Position numbers and translations under genes: made by a program. A DNA stretch of 20,000 nt from positions 380,590 through 400,589 of the forward strand of contig QPGO01000067.1 of NCBI GenBank assembly GCA_008632985.1. The letters run 5' to 3'. This document shows positions 1-8,694 of the stretch, in pieces; position 1 is the stretch's first letter, and each line of letters starts with the position of its first letter. This DNA comes from Psammoneis japonica (lineage: Eukaryota). Below the pieces are notes generated by a model. It ran no database searches and was not told where the DNA came from. It saw only the letters and a list, made by a program, of their open reading frames with translations.

Positions 1-544
1 GACAGATGGGCTGCACTGGTGATGGGAGAGGACCTGCCCTTGCAGCCAGTGGCTGGTGCCAGCAATGGTGCGGAAGCAATTGCAGCCATGGCAACAACAC
101 AAACTGGTGCATGAGTGCAAATTGCAGCAAACAATGAAATCCAGCAGAACATGGAAAAAACAATGAGGCAAACTGCAAGGCAATTGTCAGTCAAGAACAA
201 ATGGCAGTTGCAACATTTGCTTTTAACACAATGATGCAAAGAGACAAAATGCAGAAAGACATTGCAGGTGAAGATGGTGGATTGAAAGTGACAAGAGATG
301 TGATGAAGAAACTGGGAGCAGCAAATGACAAAAAGGGTTGAGATTGAAGTTGTGGGCAAGAACATTTGCACTTCAAAGTGGGGTGCAATTTAAAATCGAA
401 AAGAAGCTCACAAACTCAATTGGTTCTCAACTGATGTTTGAAGAAAGACTTGGCTTGCAAGTTCACAACAATCTGAAATTGGAGTCAAGAAACACCCAGA
501 TTGTGACAGGTGGTCAGACACAGATTGTTGGCATCCCAGATGTC

Positions 545-1660
545 CTTTCACTCTGGAGCTTGGAAGTTCAAGTCTGCTGCTGTTGGAGACAAATTGACAC
601 GGGGCTGCAACACCATGACATCAACCTTGAAATGTCCAACCACAGTTCTCAAAGTGTTGCCTGGGGTCCACCAGAGATCCCCAATGGCTGGTGCTGTCAT
701 GGTTTTTTTTCACACTCTGGAGTTTGGAAGTTCGAGTCTGCCATTGACAGGCACACATGACATGGGGCCACAACACCTTCAAGATCAACCTTGCAATGTC
801 CAGCCACAGTTCCCACAGTGTCACCTTGGGTCCACCAGAAATCACCAGTGCCCTCAGCTTGCAGCTGTCAGGTTGGCTGGTGCTGTCATGGGGTCCTTTC
901 ACTCTGGAGTTTGGAAACTCAAGCATGCTGTTGTTGCGCACATTGTGGCATGGGGCCACAACACTCCAAGATCAACCTTGCAATGTCCAACTGCAGTTCT
1001 TAAAGTCACACCTGGGATCTGTCAGAGATCACCAACACCCTCAGCTTGCTGTTGTTGTCAGGTTGATTGGTGCTGTCATGGGGTTCTTTTACTCTGGAGT
1101 TTGGAAAAGTTCGTGCTGCTCCTGTTGGGGACAACATGACATGGGGCCACAACACTTCACGACCAATCTTGCAATGTCCAGCCACAGTTCTTGAGGACAC
1201 ACCCAGGGGGGCACCACCAGATTGGTTGGCACTGTCATGGGGCCCTTTCACTCTGGAGTTTGGCAGCTCAAGTGTCTGCTCCTGTTGGGGACAATGTGAC
1301 ATGATTGAGCAACAACGCCGCAACACCAACCTTGAAATGTCTGGCCACAGTTCTTTGAGCAAGTGTTGCCTGGGGTCTGCTGCCAGAGATCACAAATGCC
1401 AACAAGAGCTTGCTGTTGTCAGGTTGGTTGGCACTGCAATGAGGTCTTTTCATTCTGCTGGAGTCTGCCTTGGAAGTTTTCAAATCTGCCCCTGTTGGGG
1501 ACAAGGTTGCATGGGTCCACAGCACACTGCAACATCAACTTTTCAATGTCCAACCACAGTTCTTAAAGCACTGCCCTCAGCCTGCTGCAACTTGTTGGGT
1601 GGGTTGGTGCCATCATGGAGCCACTTTGCTCTGAGGCTGGGAAGCTCAAGTCTGCTTTGC
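545..1660. repeat. Degenerate tandem repeat, ~160-200 bp unit, ~6.5 copies
   Basis: The anchor ACTCTGGAG(T/C)TTGG recurs at 550, 714, 901, 1091 and 1250, and in degenerate form at ~1452 and ~1628. Other shared blocks are CATGGGGCCACAACAC, ATCAACCTTG(A/C)AATGTCCA.CCACAGTTC and GTCAGGTTGG.TGGTGCTGTCATGG. Confidence 0.9.
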
Positions 1661-1844
1661 TGTCTGTGCCAGCCCACTGGAAACAAGAGTGCACTGACAT
1701 GGGCAGCCATTTGTCAGGGAAAGCTGGTGTTGGCAGGAGGTGCTGCAGTTGCAGCACCCCCATGTCTCTCGGGCCTGCTGCTCTGGCTCTTTGCTGGCAC
1801 ATGTCCAGCACAATGGGTTGTTGTTGCAAGTGTGTGGGTTGGAT

Positions 1845-2089
1845 TGACAGAAAATGAAGATGACTGGGTGGAAGAAAACAATGACTCCTTGCTGCTGTCT
1901 AAACAGCAGATGAGTCTCCATGCAGAGACCGTCACAGGAGCCGAAAGACTGGTGTCGTGACATCGGTGCTGCTGTTGTCATTCTTGTGAGCCGTGTGGCT
2001 TGAAAGCAAACCACATCGCGCGACGCGTGCGGAACTAAGAGCACACACAATTGTGTGTGACAAACTAAAATCTTGTTCAAATCCTGTCA
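1845..2089 (-). repeat. 3' LTR (245 bp)
   Basis: Direct repeat of 8443-8689 with TG...CA ends and the terminal inverted repeat TGACAG/CTGTCA. On the minus strand it is preceded by the PPT. Confidence 0.96.
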
Positions 2090-3720
2090 CTCCCCAGTTT
2101 GCTTGAGGGGTCAACAGCGACAGATTCGAAGTCGGATTGGTTGAAAGCCTCGGGATCGAAGTTCCAAAACATTAGAGGACGAAGGAGGTTCCAGATTTGG
2201 GAGCAACCCCAGTGCTTGCTGAGGATGTCAGCCGGGTTGCGGGAGCCTTGGACAAAATGAAACTCGAGGAAACCGGAGGCAATCGCCTCACGCACACGAT
2301 GGAATGAGAGGGCGGTGTGTCGCGTGTGCAACTTGGAGTGCGGGATGGCAGCACTGTCCACAACCGACTTGTTGTCCCCAAACATGCAGCATGTTTCACG
2401 AATGGGAACGCCAAGGCAATGCAAAGTGATGCGCAGATCAATGATCTGCTCGACACACGTCCTTGCGGCAACAAACTCGGATCCATGCGTGGCAGTCTCG
2501 ACTGTTGCTTGTTTCTTAGAGAACCAATCAGCCGGAAACTTGTTGAGAAAATGGAGGATGCCGGTGACAGAGCGGCCAGTGAGCATGCAATGGAACAAGT
2601 TCGCATCGATGCAGTGCGTGGTGGTGACGAACTTGCCAAGCGGCTCGGGCGCATCTTGTGGGAGCAGCTCTTCTACCTCCCCATGCACGGATTGAGCCCA
2701 ATCGCACACGGGCTCAGGGAGGTCCGAACAGTCGGGCTCCTCGGTGTGCACTCGGAGGGTGCCATGACGCATCTTGGAGAGGAATCCGCAGATGCATTTG
2801 GCACGGTCTAGGTGGCCTTGACGGGGCACTGCACGGAAGCCAGACAGGGACATGACAGCTGCAGCAATGTCAATGCGACCCAGAGATGTGGCCCATTGCA
2901 GGGATCCAATCAAGGATTGGAGTTGGTGGATGCCATCCGGTTTGAGTGATTCAGAGGTGTCGAGCTCAGGGTGGTCACCCTTGTCAAGGGGTGAAAGCAC
3001 ATCAGTGCAGGGCTTCTCCCCAAAGAGGCATGTGCAGTTGTCAACCATGTGCTCAATGCACTTGCGGGGAGCAAGGCACAGGGTGCCGTCTGGGTCACAG
3101 GTGAAGTCGCAGCCAAGATGGAACTCCAATGGTCCAGCGCCCTTGAGCTTGAACTTGCACTTCTCCATGAGGGTGTCTGCAAAAGCCTGGGGGTCCTTCA
3201 TGGTGAAGGCCAGGTCGTCCACATGCACTGCCACGTGTTCGCAGTGGTCACCATTCCTGCGCAGCCAGATGTCGGGTTCAGCTTTGCATGGAAAGAAGCC
3301 TTTGGCACGCAAGCAATCGGCAAAGCGTTCATGCCATCTGAGGCCGGAGCTGCGGAGTCCGTACAAGGCCTTGTGGATGACAAGGATGTGTCCTTCCAGG
3401 TCGCCGAACTCGGGGCCTGCCACGATGCACAGTTTCTCCTTGGTCGCAGCTTCAAGGCAGGCATTCCCAATGTCAGTGGCCCAGGTCTCTAGTTTGTTGA
3501 GTTCGGCCAGGAAGATCATCATTGCAGGCCATGGAGAGACACCACTCCGGAACAGACACTGTCGACGGGCACGTCTGTGAGGTGTCCATCGGCAACAAGC
3601 CTTGCTTTGTGCCGTCCGTCATGTTTGACATCGCAGACGAGATGCACCCGGATCTTCTTGTGTCCCGATGGAGCACTGGAATCCTTGTGGTGTCCGCAGT
3701 TGTGGAAGACTTCGCACTCA
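2077..3720 (-). pseudogene. Reverse transcriptase (RVT_2 type) and RNase H part of pol
   Basis: KARLVADGH, DIGNA(Y>C)LEA, KALYGLRSSG, (Y>H)VDDL, SKKQATVETAT(Y>H)GSEF and NPADILSK. One frameshift near 3520. Confidence 0.93.
2090..2100 (-). other. Polypurine tract (plus-strand primer)
   Basis: The minus strand reads AAACTGGGGAG immediately before the TG of the 3' LTR. Confidence 0.8.
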
Positions 3721-6700
3721 TCAAGCTGAGTCATCTCGAGGTCCGTTGCGTCTCCCCACTTGCGTTTGCTGTTGCGCTCATCAAGGGCCATGGCATGCTT
3801 GTAGTCCCGTGGCACTTCATGCCCGCACTTGTGTCGTGGCGCAGTGCGAAAGGAGCGCAACTTGGCTTGGTTGGCCATGTGGAACAGCTTCTTCTGACTG
3901 AGTGCCATCTTGCAAAAACGTCTCCATCCTTTGGTTTCTAGAAGGCCGTGCTCACGCGCGTAGATGGCACAGGGGATGGGGTCGTCCTTGGCAATGATGG
4001 CAAGGGGTTCGGACGTGATCTCCCCATTCTCCCATTCAAGCATGACGTTGTAGCTTGAGCCTTTCCAAGAGGGATCATGGGGTTGCAATGGTCTTTCGTG
4101 CGATGCGATGTGTCGGAACTTCCAGAGAGTTGAGTCCTCGTCTTCTTGCTCAATGTGGTGCATGATGTCATTGCAGGCCAGGACTTCCTCGTGTTCGTCA
4201 TTGTTGATGGAGCAAATGAACTTGACCAGTTCGGGATTGCCTCTGATTTTCCAGTCGTGGTCCTCAACGGCTTTGATGGTGCAGGCTCTGTGGCGTTGTC
4301 CATCCTCTTGTGGCTTCATGAGGAAGGTGCGTCCTGTGACATCCTCGGGGTCAAAGACCGGCATTTTGGGCATCCTGATCGCCTCCCCATGTGGTGAATC
4401 TGGCAAATTCTCGGAGTCGTGGCGGGATTTAATGACAGGGTCAGCAGATTTCTCATCAGGAGGATCAAGACACAGGTTTGGAGCGGACGGATCACGGGTG
4501 GAGTGCACGTTGGAACGGTGGAGAATCTTCTGAGTGTTGTCAGAAAGAATCTTAAACATCATTTGGTGACCAATGTGTTCAGCCATGCCAACGAAGCGAC
4601 CACGTAATTCACGGGATTCGGGCAGCCAGTCAGAATCATCCAGGTGGCAGCAAACGGGTTCCCACCATTGAAAGCGGAGGAGTGGGCTGATGTCAGGAGT
4701 AGAGCCGGACAGCACCTCAGTGGGGGCATGCCAGTGGAGCTTGGCGGATGCCGTGTGGTTGAGCACAAAACACACGCACATCAGGGCGAGCAGCCAGGTG
4801 CAAGCCGGGGACCCGAAGTGATCCATGACAGTGTTGGCCATGGTCTTCACAGTTTGGTGGCGGCATTCAGCAAAATTCTGATGCTGGTGGTGAGGCTCGC
4901 TTTGCCAACTAGAGATGAAGAGGGCACGAAGGATGCCAAGAACCTTGTTGATGAGCTCAACCTGAGCACGGTCGCTGATGAGCTTGGACGGGGCACCACG
5001 ATTGCGAATGTTGTCTTGAGGGTGTTGACAAATTCTTTGTCAGTTTTGGTGCCACACACGTCAGTGACGAGAGATTCTGTGCCTGCAAAGAGCTGGGCGC
5101 TGGTGCAACCAGAGTCAATGGCAGGGGTGTCAGAGCAGACCGTGTCAGTGGCAACGGGTTCATCACATCGGTGGACATTGAGAGCCAGGTTGGGTGATTT
5201 GCACGCCTTTTTCAGGTGCGTGCTGGCTGGCATGTGGGCGCACTGCATCGTGCAATCAAAAGTGTGGCAGGTGGTGTCCTTCAGGAGAAAGCCAAAGCAG
5301 GGGCAGAGGGACTCAAAGTCGGGATCCTTGGGATTGAGTTCACGCTCATGGCATTCATAGAAGAAATCAGATGTCGGGAGCAGGTGATCATCAAGGACGG
5401 AGTCTGCAAGCATGGCGTTGTTGATGACATGGTGGTGATGATGGTCACCGAACTCATCGAAGAGGTTGGCAGTCAGGTTGTCTTGGAGGTCAGACACAGC
5501 ATCACACCATGTCTCATTGTCCGTGAACTGGTGGTCAAGGACAGATGGATCCCATGTGTCATCACCAGTGAGAATGACATGCGGCAGAGTGTCCCATTCG
5601 GCATCGGTGCATGGGCGCATGGCGATGTGCGGGAGGCCGGCTTCATTGTCGATGGGAATGATGCATCCATCAACAGTGGTGACACACTGCAGACCATTGG
5701 GGACCTTGATGGACCAATTGTTGACATCGTGTTTGTGCCACTCGAGTTGGCCGCAAGAGTGCATCGTCTTCCCCTTTCCAGTGCAGGCACACTGGTGAAG
5801 GATGGCAATGGCAGGGCCGCATTGCGTGTGGATGACACCACCGGCAGTGACGGGTGGGGATGTTGACCAGTTGATGATCATCAACACCTTGGACGTCAAC
5901 CTGGCAACCAGCGCGGGCAATGACACAAACATCGAGAGCACCTTTGTGAGTGGACTTGTGGGTCGAGGCAGAGCAGACGACATTGTGGTTGTTGATGCGA
6001 CGGCATTGATGGCTGTTGATCTCAATGTCAGTGTCATTGGGCTTTGCATCGGAGCAGGAGGAAGGTGCAGATCCGGGCGGTTTCTGCCAGAACGGGTGGA
6101 AGGAGGCCGTTCAGGTGCCAGGAGACATTGCAAGTTGCCGGGTGGCAGGGGCTTGCGCCTGGTGAGATGAGCCAGAATGGGGTCAGCATTGGCTGCATCG
6201 GCTGCAGCGTCGGATGGTGCGAGTTCCGATGCAAGATCATGGATGTTGGCGGACAAGTGACATCGCCGTCACTGCCAAGATGGAGGTCATGTGGGTTGAC
6301 CATCGTTGAGTCATGGCAGTTGCCGGTGTGGGCATTGCGTGAGCCAAGAATGATGGCCTTGGTGGACTGGGGCAAGGTGTCCCAAATGTGCTGATGGTCC
6401 AGCAGAATGCGACGCCATTGTTCCCTGGTGAGGGAGTTGCCGCGGGTCTGTGCAGCACAAGCTTGGATGACGTCAACATCACTGTCGATGTCAAAGAATG
6501 CATCATTGTCATGGTCGTCGGGAACCAGGTCATGTTCGTAGATGGCACGGCGTGGGGCGCGAGGAGTGGTCTTGGGGGTGAACGTGCTGTCGTGCTGTGC
6601 TGCAGCAGAAAGCAGAAGTCCACAGTGCTCCTCGTAAGAGAGACCCTTTCCATTCTGCGTGCGGAACTGATCAGCTTGATTCTTTACTGAACGGAGCTCT

Positions 6701-8427
6701 TCGATGGGATGAACGGCATTCTCAAGCATGACACATTTCTGGCCAGCAGAGAAATGGTCCGCACCTGGGACAAGAGCTTCACACTTGCGGAGCTGGTCCT
6801 GCCAGTGAAGCATGAAGGCATGGGTGGATCCCTTCCAGGTGCCATCACCAAGGCGAGCAGTGGCGAGGTGCGTGAGAAGGGTCGAGGACTCCAGGGATGC
6901 ACGAGCAGAAGTGAGGGCGCACTTGGAAAGGTCGCGATGCACCGCTTGAGCATCAGAGGAGCTGACATGTTGACGAACAAGCACCTTGCCTTTGTCATTC
7001 TGCAAGATCCGTTCGAATGTGGCGAACATGCACTTCTGTTGTTCATCAAACAGGGCCTTGTCCTCAGCTGCAGAGGGCTTGCACTTCGGATCAAGAACAA
7101 GTTCGACGTCCTGGGAGGGGCCTGTGCGATGATGGAGGTGTGCCACGTGTGCCACTGTTTGTCTGACTTGAGAGTCGCGAAGGTGAGTGGGTCACGTTTG
7201 ATGCCTCGTTTAAAGTCACACACAGGGTCACGTGGTTTGGGTGGCAAAGAGCCAGGGGTGGGAGCAGATGGCGCTGCACCCATGGAGAGGGATGCTGCAC
7301 ACTCAGGACCAAGACGACAGTCAGTGAACTCCTCGTGAGTGAACAATTGAGGGTTGTTGCTGACATCCGCCCGCCGTGCACTTTTGCCATGTACAGGCTA
7401 ATCAGCGCAGCTGTCTGTGCTTTGTAACCACGTGGCAAGGGCATCTGATTGGTGCCATCGTTGTGCACAAGGGCATCCAGTTGCGTCAGAGTAAAAGCAA
7501 AAAGGTCCTGATGCGAATTGGTTCCATCAATGTTGAGAGCGGAGCACAATGGACTGTCTGCGGCTTGATTCAGAACAGTGCCTAGAATGTGCTCGAGGCC
7601 ATCAATTTGTTGTTGCCTGGTGAGAACCATGTTGCAACTGGGTGAATGTCGGAACTGGCTGGAGTCGGAGGGTGAGCTTGAAACAACTTGAAACTTGACT
7701 TGAATCTTGACTTGATGTCTTGAACTATCTGGAGAGTCAGAAGCCACCGGGCTGTGACATCCCATTCATAGTTAAGTGCCAAGCTTCCCATCTGGTCCAC
7801 AGAGTTGTGCCGGCACGTCGAGCCCGCAGCTGGCAACGCTTTGGGTTGCCTGAGAGCAGAGCAACGGGTTAAAAACCCCTGCTGACAAGCTGACTGGAGG
7901 TGGACAAGACCTCTGAACCGTTCTCATTTTGTGTCGGTTGGATGACCCGATCAGGCCGGCCAAATTTGGCGCTGTGGAGGGACGAACAAACGTGGGAAAT
8001 GCACCCTCGCCCCAACGTGGGCTGCAGTCATGAACTGCTTCCTCTCACAGTTGTCCTCATGGACCTTGTGGGACTGTAGAAGACCAGCAATCTGGTGTGG
8101 ATGCAAGGTGGTAGACTTGGTGTGCACAGAGCAGGGCCAGAGTCAAGGGTTCATGTCGTGTGCACGTGGACGCGAGCGGATGGATTGGTGGGATCTGCCA
8201 TGAGGAATCCGGAATCTCGGATGCTTGAGAATTTGGGAATTCCTGGTCAAACAAATGTCCGTTGAATGAACACATCCAACGATGGGAGGCATTGGACAAA
8301 TCCAAATGTGCAGATTTAATCCAGCACCCAGCAGTGAAGAAGGCAGATGTGTGCTTCCACCACCAACGGTGCGCGTCGTCGAAAAAATTTCTCGATGACG
8401 ATGATGAATGCTCAATGACAACAAAGA

Positions 8428-8442
8428 GCAAGACTGTTAATC
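8428..8442 (-). other. Primer-binding site, apparently complementary to the anticodon arm of tRNA-Asn(GUU)
   Basis: The plus strand reads GCAAGACTGTTAATC directly against the LTR. GA-CTGTTAA-TC is the anticodon stem-loop core of tRNA-Asn. There is no canonical TGG-starting PBS. Confidence 0.65.
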
Positions 8443-8689
8443 TGACAGAAAATGAAGATGACTGGGTGGAAGAAAACAACAACTCCTTGCTGTGCTGTCT
8501 AAATGGCAGATGAGTCTCTGTGCAGAGACCGTCACAGGAGCCGAAAGACTGGTGTCGTGACATCGGTGCTGCTGTCATCATTCTTGTGAGCCGTGTGGCT
8601 TGAAAGCAAACTACATCGCGTGACACGCACGGAACCAAGAGCACACATGATCATGTGTGATGAACTAAAATCTTGTTTAAATCCTGTCA
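8443..8689 (-). repeat. 5' LTR (247 bp)
   Basis: Direct repeat of 1845-2089. Manual alignment gives 21 transitions and one 2-bp indel. On the minus strand it is followed by the PBS. Confidence 0.96.
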
Positions 8690-8694
8690 TGGAT

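Larger units (their letters stand above)
2077..7630 (-). pseudogene. Copia gag-pol polyprotein, frameshifted and hypermutated
   Basis: Starts MVLTRQQQ at 7630 and is split across ORFs 7091-7765, 6684-7346, 6034-7155, 4847-6256, 3519-4850 and 2077-3522. Recognisable motifs: integrase DEPVATDTVxSDTPA...SEPHHQHQN; RT DVKHDGRHKARLVA, DIGNAxLEA, KALYGLRSSG, xVDDL; RNaseH WFSKKQATVETATxGSEF, GDNKSVV, NPADILSK. The stop codon lies inside the 3' LTR. Confidence 0.93.
1845..8689 (-). mobile_element. Full-length Ty1/copia LTR retrotransposon (CoDi-like), inactivated
   Basis: Two ~246-bp direct repeats bounded by TGACAG...CTGTCA. A 5-bp TSD, TGGAT, lies at 1840-1844 and 8690-8694. Minus-strand domain order is gag-PR-IN-RT-RNaseH (copia order). 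PBS and PPT abut the LTRs. Confidence 0.97.

Noticed and set aside
545..1660. CRISPR-like array
   Set aside because: The whole unit is repeated with no unique spacers, the context is eukaryotic, and there are no cas genes.
2077..7630. Alternative genetic code reassigning Cys/His codons to Tyr
   Set aside because: Neighbouring host genes such as GSA-AT use normal TAY Tyr at conserved positions.
7675..7725. Short (A/T)CTTGA reiteration in the element's 5' leader
   Set aside because: A low-complexity microrepeat with no evidence of function.
8428..8442. tRNA-Asn gene
   Set aside because: Only an anticodon-arm fragment is present, with no T-arm or acceptor stem. Its position identifies it as a PBS.
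1845..8689. Fungal-type RIP or APOBEC editing as the cause of decay
   Set aside because: These C>T processes create TpA and stop codons. Here TpA is lost and conserved Tyr becomes Cys/His.
1845..8689. ADAR-type RNA editing fixed by reverse transcription
   Set aside because: It would give A>G on one strand and matching LTRs. Both A>G and T>C occur, the LTRs differ reciprocally, and the flanks outside the element are also affected.
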